Position numbers and translations under genes: made by a program. Source: an uncultured Actinomycetota bacterium (GTDB taxonomy: Bacteria > Actinomycetota > Actinomycetes > Streptosporangiales > Streptosporangiaceae). From it: a stretch of 64,000 nt of DNA. The notes beneath the pieces were generated by a model. That model saw only the letters and a list, made by a program, of their open reading frames with translations, ran no database searches and was not told the origin of the DNA. Below, piece after piece: positions 1 through 8,529 of this stretch; positions within the stretch are counted from its first letter, which is position 1; each line of letters starts with the position of its first letter. Where the stretch lies: positions 298,767-362,766 of the forward strand of contig CAVYDE010000008.1 in the NCBI GenBank assembly GCA_963767215.1, in the 5' to 3' direction.

Positions 1-1030
1 TGCCGAAGACATCATGCGGCGGCCGGCGGAACCGGATGCTGACCTCCGTCGCGGTCACCGGCATGCATTTGCCCGCCCGGATCAAGATCGGCACGTCTGC
101 CCACCGCCAGGAGTCCGCGGCGGTGCGGACCGCCACATAGCTCTCTGTGGTCGAATGCGGATCGACGCCGGCCACCCCGGTATAGCCCTCGTACTGGCCG
201 CGGACTGTGTTGTCCGGGTCCAGCGGGCGAAGCGCCGCGATGATCTGCGATTTGGCGTCCCGCCAGGCGCCCATGCCAGCCCCGTCGGGCGGATCGGCCA
301 GGACGCTTGCCAGCACCTGGAGCATGTGGTTTTGCACCACGTCCCTGATGGCACCGGTCTTGTCGTAGAAACTGCCGCGGTCGGCTACGTCGAAGGCCTC
401 GGCCATGGTGATCTGGATGCTCTCCACGAAGGTCCGGTTGAGCACGGGCTCGATGACCGAGTTCGCGAACCGCACGAACAGCATGTTCTCCACCGGGTCC
501 AGCCCGAGCCAGTGGTCGACGCGGTAGATCGCGTCCTCGGCGAAGTACTGGTGCATGGTCTGGTTCAGCTGCTGCGCGCTCTGCAGGTCGGTGCCGAAGG
601 GCTTCTCCACCATCACCCTGGCGTTCTCTGCGCGCCCGGCGCCTGAGATGCCCTTGGCGATCCGGGCAAACAGCGGCGGCGGTACCTCGAGGTAGAACAG
701 GACAGCGGCCGCCCTTGGCCGCCGATCGCGTCCGACATCGCCTGGTAGGTGCCGTCGTCGTCCAGGTCGCCATCGACGTATTTGAGCAGGCTCAGCATCT
801 TGACCGCGGCCTTGACTGGCCGGGTCCATGCCGTTGAGCTTGAGCGAGGCAGCCGCGTAGTCGCGGAACTGGTCCAGGCCCCAGCCGCTTTTGGCGACGC
901 CGATCACCGGGACGTCGAGCACGCCGCGCTCGACGAGGCCGACCAGCGCGGGGAAGGTCTCCAGTTTGGCCAGGTCTCCCGTGGCGCCAAATATCACCAG
1001 CGCATCTACATGATCTTTCTGATGCGTCAT
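1..1030 (-). CDS. zwf: glucose-6-phosphate dehydrogenase; 3' end lies outside the window; an internal ~110-nt segment reads in another frame
   Basis: Minus-strand translation from ATG 1030-1028 gives MTHQKDHVDALVIFGATGDLAKLETFPAL (GxxGDLA NADP motif), then VLFYLEVPPPLF, VMVEKPFGTDL, YRVDHWLG, ITMAEAFDV. Absent from the ORF track because it runs off the window edge. The KYVDGDLDDDGTYQAMSDAIGG motif lies in the frame of ORF 613..798. Confidence 0.85.
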   Translation of the reverse strand, partial: MTHQKDHVDALVIFGATGDLAKLETFPALVGLVERGVLDVPVIGVAKSGWGLDQFRDYAAASLKLNGMDPASQGRGQDAEPAQIRRWRPGRRRHLPGDVGRDRRPRAAAVLFYLEVPPPLFARIAKGISGAGRAENARVMVEKPFGTDLQSAQQLNQTMHQYFAEDAIYRVDHWLGLDPVENMLFVRFANSVIEPVLNRTFVESIQITMAEAFDVADRGSFYDKTGAIRDVVQNHMLQVLASVLADPPDGAGMGAWRDAKSQIIAALRPLDPDNTVRGQYEGYTGVAGVDPHSTTESYVAVRTAADSWRWADVPILIRAGKCMPVTATEVSIRFRRPPHDVFG

Positions 1031-1285
1031 ATCCGCCTGCCTCCTGCTGCCCGTTGCGCCGCGCCCAGGCAAGTGCGCGCTCGTTCCCATCTGACCCTTC
1101 GCGGGCCAGTCGTACGCCACCCGGCGCGGGTGATGCTGCACTCGGTTCTGAACGCCGGGCAGCAACTGCACCGCGATCGCGATCAGCAGCGCCGCTGCCA
1201 GGACCCAGCGTCGCTCGGCTCCGATGCCGGTGCGCACCACCTCAAGCCGCGGCGCCGTCGTGCGAGATCCGACCGGCTATTGCGG

Positions 1286-2202
1286 TCAGAGGATGGCGAT
1301 CGGGTTGACCGGCGATCCGGTGCCTGCCGGCAGCCGTAGCGGCGCGATGACGCAGAGGAATGACCAGCGCCCGGCGGACGCGCAGGCCGGCGCGAGGTCC
1401 TCGAACTGCAGGTAATCCAGCAACATGCAGGCCCAGCGCGCGCAGTGCCAGCACGTGCACGGGGAAGTCCACGCCGTCGGTGGCACTTGGCGCTGTGTCG
1501 TTGTTGCCGTCGCTGCCGAGGACGGCGATCCGACGCAGTGCCAGCAATTCCATCGCCGAGGGGTGCAGCCCGGCCCGGGCGGCGGCTGCGTCCCAGGGGC
1601 CGAGCACGTTCCGGCGCCGCCGGTGCCCGACGCGGATGAACAGCAGGTCACCGGCGCCGATCCGGACTTGCTGCGAGGCTTCGGCGCGAGTGAGGTCGTC
1701 CGCCGTGACGTGCTCGCCCGGCTCCAGCCAGTCGACGCCGCGCTGCCGCGGGATGTCGAGCAGCAGGCCGCGGCCGGCGATGCCCTGGCCGACAGCATCG
1801 ATGAACAGATCGCCTGCGCCGTCCGCGGTCCAGGAGTTCGGGACGACGTCGTTATAGACCGCCCCGTCGTAGATGACGTGACACAGTGCATCGATGTGGG
1901 AGTCCGCGTTCCCGTGGATGTTCAGGGACAAGCGGTCCATCGCGAAGTCCAGGCCTTGGTCTGGCGCCTGGGCCGGTGTCGGGATGGGTGAGCTCGTGTA
2001 CCCACGGATCAGGATTGTCCGCGCTCGCCTGAAACTCCACCGGTGCTGCCAGGGAGACCGTGCGGCCTTCCCGCACCTCGGCGACCGCCGAGACCAGGTG
2101 CGCCGCCGTCAGATAGTTCAGTGCGCCGCGGCGGTCCTGCGGCCCCCGGCCGGTGCCGTCTCGCAGTCGCTCGTACAGCGTGCGGAAGTCAGCGGCGCTC
2201 AT
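1286..2202 (-). pseudogene. putative cyclase / kynurenine-formamidase-like family protein, split over three frames
   Basis: N-terminus MSAADFRTLYERL...SLAAPVEF is in the frame of ORF 1852..2295. Core DRLSLNIHGNADSHIDALCHV...DLLFIRVGH is in the frame of ORF 1242..1940. C-terminus MLLDYLQFEDL...LPAGTGSPVNPIAIL is in the frame of ORF 1286..1891. Frame changes fall near 1950 and 1425. Confidence 0.7.
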
Positions 2203-2236
2203 GCCGCGATCAGTCACGGCTGCGGTCGCGCAGGCC

Positions 2237-2308
2237 GCCGCGCAGACAAGTGCGCAGGGTGCCGCGCAGACGAGCGCGCAGGGTGCCGCGCACACAAGAG
2301 TGCCGGGC
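2237..2308. repeat. three tandem 24-nt repeats (third copy degenerate)
   Basis: gccgcgcagacaagtgcgcagggt / gccgcgcagacgagcgcgcagggt / gccgcgcacacaagagtgccgggc, read directly. Intergenic between the cyclase start and the small membrane protein stop. Confidence 0.7.
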
Positions 2309-2333
2309 GGCCAGCCGAAGCCAGCCGCCCGGC
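2302..2333 (-). terminator. GC-rich hairpin downstream of the small membrane protein gene
   Basis: GCCGGGCGG ... CCGCCCGGC perfect 9-10 bp inverted repeat, 14 nt after the stop at 2347. No U-tract. Confidence 0.35.
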
Positions 2334-2346
2334 AACGCCGCCACAG

Positions 2347-2628
2347 TTAGACGTGCGCGCGGTGGACGCCATTGTGGTGCTGTTGCCAGGCGCTGGCGCC
2401 CGCTGTGGTCGCCGCCTTGGTCTGGCCCCACTTGTGCTTGACGACCTCGCTGGGCGGAACCTCAAGCTCCTTGAACCACTTGCGAGTGGAACCGAACAGC
2501 GCGGTGCCGCCGATGATCATGCCGGTAATCCCGATCAGCGCGCCTGCGCCGACCAGGGCCACGCCGATGATCATCGGCGTGGCATTGAGCTGGAATCCGT
2601 TCGATGAGTAACTCTGACCGGTATTCAT
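2347..2628 (-). CDS. small membrane protein (about 93 aa), function unknown
   Basis: Internal ATG of ORF 2347..3033 preceded by AGGAAGGAAAcaATG. Product MNTGQSYSSNGFQLNATPMIIGVALVGAGALIGITGMIIGGTALF has one clear TM helix. Confidence 0.6.
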   Translation of the reverse strand: MNTGQSYSSNGFQLNATPMIIGVALVGAGALIGITGMIIGGTALFGSTRKWFKELEVPPSEVVKHKWGQTKAATTAGASAWQQHHNGVHRAHV

Positions 2629-3031
2629 TGTTTCCTTCCTGGCGTCTCTTGGGCGATCCTCACCGTTCCCGCGCTGCGTGCCTGCCGCGTCATCCGTCCA
2701 GGGTGATTGGCTGATTGGCGCACGCAGTCCGGCCGCGATGCGGTTACCGAGCTGCCCGGTGAGGACGTTGACCGGCTGGAGCGCCAGGAGCCACTGATCA
2801 GCGACGCCAGTGTCCAGGCTGACGGACCATCGTCGCCCCTTGGCCCGATAACAACGACTTCGGACTGTTCTGGCACGAATCCCCCGTTGGGTCTGACCGG
2901 TAGTCCTCACCATCGCTGTCTCTACCTGCGTTGGCCTCATGCTGGCCGGGTGATTCTGCAGGTGCCGTTCCGTGCTTGAAGACACGGTCACCCCCGAAGG
3001 GTGAGGTAACTGGCACAGGTGCGGCGACACC

Positions 3032-4888
3032 ATGGTGGAAGACCTCAGGGAGGCTGCACCCTTGGACTACCCGGCAATTGCCGATCACGGTCTCATCGGG
3101 GACCTGCAGACGGCCGCGCTGGTGGCGACCGATGGCACCGTCGACTGGATGTGCCTGCCCCGGTTCGACTCGCCGACCGTGTTCGCCTCGATCCTTGACC
3201 GGCGCGGCGGCGGCAGATTCACGCTGGCGCCGGTCGGCGTGAAGCACGTCACCGCCCAGATGTACTTGCCGAATACAGCGGTGCTGGTGACCAGATTCCT
3301 GTCCGAGGGCGGCGTCGCGGAGGTCGCGGATTTCATGCCGCTCGGCAAGCCGGAAGTAGCGACCGACCGGCACCGGCTGATCAGGCAGATCACCGGGATC
3401 CGCGGCAGCGTCAAGTTTGCCGCGCGAGTAGAGCCAAGGCTCGACTACGCCAGAGCTGGCCACAAGGCGATCCAGCACGAGCACGGGGTGATCTTCGAGG
3501 GTCCGCCGCCGCTGCTGAGCCTGTCCAGCACCTGGCCGCTGGAAGTCGACGGCGACGATGCGGCGGCGCAGTTCACCGTCCAGGCTGGCGAAATCGGCGC
3601 GATGATCCTGGAGTCCGGGAAGTCCGCCAGGCCGTTCCGGATCGGTCGGCGGCAGCTGGCCGGCTTGTTCGACGAGACCGTGGGATTCTGGCGCCGCTGG
3701 TTGTCGGCTGGCACCTATCGCGGCCGCTGGCGGGAGGCCGTCGAGCGATCCGCCATCACGCTGAAGCTCATGCAGTATGCGCCGAGCGGCGGCATGGTCG
3801 CGGCCCCGACGGCCGGGCTGCCAGAGCAGGTTGGCGGCGAGCGCAACTGGGACTACCGCTACACCTGGATCCGGGACGCCTCGTTCTCGGTGGAGGCGCT
3901 GCTCGGGCTCGGCTTCTTCGACGAGGCACGCGGGCTCAGCCGCTGGATCAGGGACCGGCTCGAGGAACGAGCCGGGCAGCCAGGTCCGCCGCTGAACATC
4001 ATGTACCGGGTGGACGGGAGTTCCGATCTGCGCGAAGAAACCCTCGGCCAGTTCGAGGGCTACCGGAAGTCAGCTCCTGTCCGGATCGGCAACGGCGCCG
4101 CGGATCAGCTGCAGCTTGACATCTACGGCGAGGCGATAGACGCCGCCTGGCGCGGTGAGCAGGTCCGCGCGAATATCGAGGACCGCGGCTGGCGAGACAT
4201 CGTCAAGATGCTGGACTGGCTGTGCGATAACTGGGACCAGCCGGACGAGGGCATCTGGGAGACGCGAGGCGGCCGCAAGCCGTTCATGTACGGCCGGCTG
4301 ATGTCCTGGGTCGCTTTTGACCGTGCCATCCGCATCGCTACGAGCCGAGCCAGGCCAGGCGACGTGCCGCGCTGGACGCAGCAGCGAGACATGCTCTACG
4401 AAACGATCATGACCAAGGGCTGGAACGAGGCTCTGAAGGCGTTTGTCCAGCATGAGAGCAGTGACGTGCTCGACGCGTCCATGCTGCTCATGCCGACGAT
4501 GGGCCTGATCACGCCCACCGACGAGAGGTGGCTCTCCACGCTCGCGGCGATGGAGAAGACGCTGGTGTCTGACAGCCTGGTGTACCGATATGACCCCAAG
4601 GCTTCGCCGGACGGGCTCCGCGGCGGCGAGGGCACCTTCTCCCTGTGCACGTTCTTCTACGTGGGCGCGCTCACCAGGACCGGGCGCCTGGACGACGCCA
4701 CACTGGTCTTCGAGAAGATGCTGACCTACGCCAACCACGTCAGGCTGTTCTCCGAGGAGATCGGTCTCACCGGCGAGCAACTGGGCAACTTTCCGCAGGC
4801 CTTCACGCACCTGTCGCTGATCAACGCGGCCGTAGGCCTTGACCAACAACTGGATGCCGCCGCCGGGGATGCCCGGCGGGCGGCCTGA
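3032..4888 (+). CDS. glycoside hydrolase family 15 (glucoamylase/trehalase-type)
   Basis: 618-aa intact ORF. N-terminal IADHGLIGDLQTAALVATDGTVDWMCLPRFDSPTVFASILD and central NWDYRYTWIRDASF are typical of actinobacterial GH15 trehalases. Confidence 0.9.
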   Translation: MVEDLREAAPLDYPAIADHGLIGDLQTAALVATDGTVDWMCLPRFDSPTVFASILDRRGGGRFTLAPVGVKHVTAQMYLPNTAVLVTRFLSEGGVAEVADFMPLGKPEVATDRHRLIRQITGIRGSVKFAARVEPRLDYARAGHKAIQHEHGVIFEGPPPLLSLSSTWPLEVDGDDAAAQFTVQAGEIGAMILESGKSARPFRIGRRQLAGLFDETVGFWRRWLSAGTYRGRWREAVERSAITLKLMQYAPSGGMVAAPTAGLPEQVGGERNWDYRYTWIRDASFSVEALLGLGFFDEARGLSRWIRDRLEERAGQPGPPLNIMYRVDGSSDLREETLGQFEGYRKSAPVRIGNGAADQLQLDIYGEAIDAAWRGEQVRANIEDRGWRDIVKMLDWLCDNWDQPDEGIWETRGGRKPFMYGRLMSWVAFDRAIRIATSRARPGDVPRWTQQRDMLYETIMTKGWNEALKAFVQHESSDVLDASMLLMPTMGLITPTDERWLSTLAAMEKTLVSDSLVYRYDPKASPDGLRGGEGTFSLCTFFYVGALTRTGRLDDATLVFEKMLTYANHVRLFSEEIGLTGEQLGNFPQAFTHLSLINAAVGLDQQLDAAAGDARRAA

Positions 4889-4914
4889 GCACAATCGGGG
4901 GAGAGTTACACAAA

Positions 4915-5364
4915 ATGCCAACAACTGCCTGGCGGTTCCCTGGTACCGAAGGGGCCGATACCGCGGTATTTAAGCTCAAGCAACTGGACGCCGCAGACAT
5001 GATCAACGTGATGGATGTCGCGGTCTTGCGATGGCCGGACCACGCGTCAGCGCCGACGACCCAGGAGCACGTCACCGAAGAAGGCGGCCGGCTCGCTGCC
5101 ATGATGCATAAGGCGCAGCACGGGGCGATCGACGGCTCGATGATCGACACGGTCAAGCGCGACCTGGTGCCCGGCACCTCGGCCGTGGTGCTGCTGAGCT
5201 CGGACGCGAATATCGACGCAGTCGTGCACGCGTTCGAAGGCCAGCCCATGGAATTGGTGCGCACCGACTTGTCGGTGCCCGACCAGGATCGGCTGCGACT
5301 GGCGGCCAGCCAGGCCTCGCAGCAGAATCTCGGCGGGCAAGCGGGAGGCATCCCGCCGCGCTGA
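4915..5364 (+). CDS. DUF1269-like protein
   Basis: MPTTAWRFPGTEGADTAVFKLKQL...VMDVAVLRWPDHASAPTTQ matches the DUF1269 N-terminal pattern recalled from memory. Lies 27 nt after GH15. Confidence 0.7.
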   Translation: MPTTAWRFPGTEGADTAVFKLKQLDAADMINVMDVAVLRWPDHASAPTTQEHVTEEGGRLAAMMHKAQHGAIDGSMIDTVKRDLVPGTSAVVLLSSDANIDAVVHAFEGQPMELVRTDLSVPDQDRLRLAASQASQQNLGGQAGGIPPR

Positions 5365-5420
5365 CCGGCGCCAGTCGGCGTGGTTCGCTCGACTCGCCGG
5401 CGTGCTGATGATCGTGGGCG

Positions 5421-5464
5421 GGGCGGCATCGCGCGGCCAGTGGTGAGCTGGCGCGGTGCCGCCC
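5421..5464. terminator. imperfect long hairpin between convergent genes
   Basis: gggcggcatcgcgcggccag-tggtga-gctggcgcggtgccgccc, between the DUF1269 stop (5364) and the FBP gene stop (5493). Confidence 0.35.
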
Positions 5465-5492
5465 GTCACTGCGCTGGCGGTTCCGGCCGGAA

Positions 5493-5993
5493 TCAGCTGC
5501 CGGCGACATTGGCCATGAACTGGTCCAGGTTCGCCCGCAGCCGCGCCACTCGCTGTCCGGCATCGAGCGTCTCCTCGACCAGGATCGAGGTCTGCGAGCG
5601 CATGATGCCGCGGGCGTATAGCGAGCATTTCAGGTCGCTGCACCAGTAGCCGCCGATCGTGCTGCCGTCGCGGCCGGCCTGGCCGATCCGCGGTGCGGCG
5701 AAGATGCTGACGCCGGATGCGGCATGCAGGGTCATGCAGATCGAGCACATTGAGTTGCGCAGGATACTCGTGCTCTGTTTGACGTTCCCGCGCAACGTGA
5801 GACCAACTGTGCGGCCGTCCCAGGGAACGACCAGGTAGGCACGCTGCGGCGCCTTGGGGTCGCGCCAGCCCAGGTAGTCCAGGTCAGCCCAGGGAACTGT
5901 GCCGAGGTTGGCAGGCAGGTTGATCCGGCCGGCTTCGCCGCGTGAGCAGTTGACGAACGATGCGCGCAGGTCGCCGGCGCCGAGCGGGTTCAC
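5493..5993 (-). CDS. FBP domain-containing protein (C-terminal treble-clef zinc finger type)
   Basis: RASFVNCSRGEAGRINLP...DLDYLGWRDPKAPQRAYLVV...MCSICMTLH...CSDLKCSLYARG, the conserved FBP_C pattern with cysteine pairs. Confidence 0.75.
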   Translation of the reverse strand: MNPLGAGDLRASFVNCSRGEAGRINLPANLGTVPWADLDYLGWRDPKAPQRAYLVVPWDGRTVGLTLRGNVKQSTSILRNSMCSICMTLHAASGVSIFAAPRIGQAGRDGSTIGGYWCSDLKCSLYARGIMRSQTSILVEETLDAGQRVARLRANLDQFMANVAGS

Positions 5994-6439
5994 GTCGATT
6001 CCTCCGGTTGAAGGCAGTGCGGCATGGTCGGTGCCGCGGCCCGTCTCGGTGACTGACTCGTGCTCGTCCCGGTCCGGCGCTCCGCCCGGACAAGTTAGCC
6101 AAGACCCGGCGTCAGCTCAATGCCGCCGGACCGTGGCACGCACCATAGCTGCTGCGGAGTCTCGACCAGCCACGACCCCGGCACAGCTAGGTGCGCCCGC
6201 CGGAACGGCACCGGCGCCCAGCCGGCCGGAATGTCAGCTCCGCCCGCCTGCCGATAGATAGCCAGCCGAGCGCCGCGGGTCTCTGCCGCTGCAGACACTG
6301 CTGTCGCCGGCTTGGTCGGCGGCAGGCCGTGACTCCTGCCCGCTGCTTCACCTGACTGCTTGGACGTACTGAACGGACATCCGGTTGCCAGTCCAGAATC
6401 GTGCCGCACTTGCCAGGCTCGGGTCGCGCAGTGATGGAG

Positions 6440-7357
6440 TCAGGCCCCGGTCGGCTCCGCGAAATAGTGGCCCTGGTCGAGATCCTCGATGAGGCCGGGA
6501 TGCGTCGGCCGCCAGCCGAGGAGCTCCTGGGTCCTTGCGCTCGAGGTCGGGTTGTCGAGCTGGACGAAAGAGCCGAGGAAGCTGAGCTGCGCGTCTGCGT
6601 CCTCCGGCGTGATGCTGACCACCGGCACGTCCAGGTGGCGGCCGATAGCGCCGGCGATCGCACGGAACGGGACGCCCTCATCGCCGACGGCGTGCAGCCG
6701 CGAGCAGGCCGGCGCCGCTTCCAGCGCCAGCCGGAACAGGCGCGCCACGTCGAGCGTGTGCCCGGCTGGCCAGCGGCTGGACCCGTCCGCGACGTACGCG
6801 GAGGAGCCCTTGCTGCGCGCGATGGCGATCAGGGTCGGGACAAAGCCGTGGTGATCGAGGGAGCTGTGCACAGTCGGCGGCAGCCGGACCACGGACGACC
6901 TGACTCCGCGTTCGGCGAAAGCGACGACCGCGTTCTCCGCGTCGATCCGCGGCCCTCCTTGGAGCACGTCAGCCTCAGTTCCCGCGCGTCCGAGGCCGGC
7001 GAGTGCCAGCAACAACGTTCCCGATGCGGTAACCAGGGGCTTGCCGGTGCCGGCGAGCACGCCGCCCATCGCCTCGACGGCGCGCAAGTCGGCTTCCACC
7101 GCGGCGGCCATGTCACCGGCGCGCATGGCTTCGTGCTTGAACGCCAGGTGGATGACGCCGTCCGCCGCCGCGCAGGACTCTCGCAGGCTGCCGAGGTCGT
7201 CGAGGTCGCCGCGCTGCACCTTGGCCCCGGCAGCTGTCAAGGTAAGTGCGGACTTGTCCGATCTGGCCAGGCCGACGACTTCATGTCCGGCGCCGAGGAG
7301 TTCTGGGATGACGGCGGAGCCGATGTGGCCGGATGCCCCGGTCACGAATACACGCAT
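6440..7357 (-). CDS. NAD(P)-dependent oxidoreductase, NmrA/atypical SDR family
   Basis: MRVFVTGASGHIGSAVIPELLGAGHEVVGLARS Rossmann motif. 305-aa intact ORF divergent from the TetR gene. Confidence 0.85.
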   Translation of the reverse strand: MRVFVTGASGHIGSAVIPELLGAGHEVVGLARSDKSALTLTAAGAKVQRGDLDDLGSLRESCAAADGVIHLAFKHEAMRAGDMAAAVEADLRAVEAMGGVLAGTGKPLVTASGTLLLALAGLGRAGTEADVLQGGPRIDAENAVVAFAERGVRSSVVRLPPTVHSSLDHHGFVPTLIAIARSKGSSAYVADGSSRWPAGHTLDVARLFRLALEAAPACSRLHAVGDEGVPFRAIAGAIGRHLDVPVVSITPEDADAQLSFLGSFVQLDNPTSSARTQELLGWRPTHPGLIEDLDQGHYFAEPTGA

Positions 7358-7409
7358 GTGACGACCTCCTGGTTGGTCTGGTGCCCTCGCCGCAGGATGC
7401 CGAGAGACC

Positions 7410-7460
7410 TGATGTCAGCTACTGACATCACAGTACCACTTGATGACAGCTACTGTCATC
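7410..7460. promoter_or_regulatory. two tandem perfect palindromes, candidate TetR operators
   Basis: TGATGTCAGCTACTGACATCA (7410-7430) and GATGACAGCTACTGTCATC (7442-7460), in the 121-bp divergent SDR/TetR intergenic region. Confidence 0.6.
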
Positions 7461-7478
7461 GGGCTGTAGGGTCGGAGC

Positions 7479-8066
7479 GTGAACCGGTGGCAACCCAACG
7501 CACGCGGCCGTCTTGAGCAAGCGGCCATGGAGCTGTACCGCGAGCGCGGGTTCGAGAGCACCACGGTCGCGGAGATCGCCGAGCGGGCAGGCCTCACCGA
7601 GCGGACGTTCTTCCGCCATTTCGCCGACAAGCGCGAGGTCTTGTTCGCAGGCGCGAGCACTCTGCAGGAACTCCTCGTCCGGCTCGTGGACGAGGCGCCC
7701 GCCGCGCTGCCTCCGATCGAGGCGATCGGTACCGCGCTCGGCGGGGTTGCCGCTGCCGTGTTCGACGAGCGCCGCGAGGGCTCGCGAAGCCGCCAGTCCA
7801 TCGTTACCGCGAACGCCGAACTTCGGGAACGCGAGCTGATCAAGCTCGCATCGCTGGCGGCGGCGCTCACCGACGCGCTGCGACGGCGCGGCGTGAAAGA
7901 CCCGGCAGCGCCGCTGGCCGCCGAGGCGGGCATCGCGGTCTTCAAGATCGCTTTCGAGAACTCGATCGCCGGCAGCGGCGATCGGACGCTGTCGGACGTC
8001 ATCAGGGAGTCCATGGCGGAGCTGAGGGTCGTGACCGGCGGGCGAGCACCGGCTGCTCGTCGCTGA
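7479..8066 (+). CDS. TetR/AcrR family transcriptional regulator
   Basis: GRLEQAAMELYRERGFESTTVAEIAERAGLTERTFFRHFADKREVLF, a canonical TetR HTH. Confidence 0.9.
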   Translation: MNRWQPNARGRLEQAAMELYRERGFESTTVAEIAERAGLTERTFFRHFADKREVLFAGASTLQELLVRLVDEAPAALPPIEAIGTALGGVAAAVFDERREGSRSRQSIVTANAELRERELIKLASLAAALTDALRRRGVKDPAAPLAAEAGIAVFKIAFENSIAGSGDRTLSDVIRESMAELRVVTGGRAPAARR

Positions 8067-8136
8067 GAGTCGGTCAAGCAGACACTGCCCGCCGCCAGCC
8101 GCGGAAATGCCGTGCTAGCACGACGCCGACCACAGT

Positions 8137-8517
8137 TTGCACTATGATGCTGCTGTGAATAGCACTAGACCCACAGTTGAGATTGACCCGCTGAGCCCCG
8201 TTCTGCTGCACGAGCAGGTGGCGGCGGCCATCAGGCGGGCCATCATCGACGGCGAGATCGTCTCCGGCGAGCGCATGCCCCCGGCGCGGGACTTGGCGGC
8301 GGTGCTCGGCGTCAATGCCAACACGGTATTCCGGGCATTGCGCGCGCTGCGCGACGAAGGGATTGTCGAGTTCCGCCGCGGTCGCGGCGTTACTGTCACC
8401 GGCCTCGCGCCGCAGCGCAGCGCGGTGATGGTGAAGGCACGCGAGTTCGTGACGCTGGCGCGCCGATTCGGATACCGGCCGGACGAAGTGGCCGACATCA
8501 TCCAGCAGCTGCTCTGA
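8137..8517 (+). CDS. GntR family transcriptional regulator (short YtrA-like type)
   Basis: LHEQVAAAIRRAIIDGEIVSGERMPPARDLAAVLGVNANTVFRALRALRDEGIVEFRRGRGVTV winged-helix motif. True start may be GTG 8155 (see finding). Confidence 0.85.
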   Translation: MHYDAAVNSTRPTVEIDPLSPVLLHEQVAAAIRRAIIDGEIVSGERMPPARDLAAVLGVNANTVFRALRALRDEGIVEFRRGRGVTVTGLAPQRSAVMVKAREFVTLARRFGYRPDEVADIIQQLL

Positions 8518-8529
8518 GGAGGTTTCGCG

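Noticed and set aside
2237-2308. Tandem 24-nt repeats (and the 45828-45881 pair) as a mini CRISPR array
   Set aside because: The repeats are directly adjacent or separated by only 6 nt, with no unique spacers of CRISPR length. There are only 2-3 copies and no cas genes in the window.
6095-6409. 104-aa minus-strand ORF in the 446-bp gap between the FBP and SDR genes
   Set aside because: No recognisable motif, no clear RBS, and third-position GC is lower than in neighbouring genes. It may be real, but I cannot support it.
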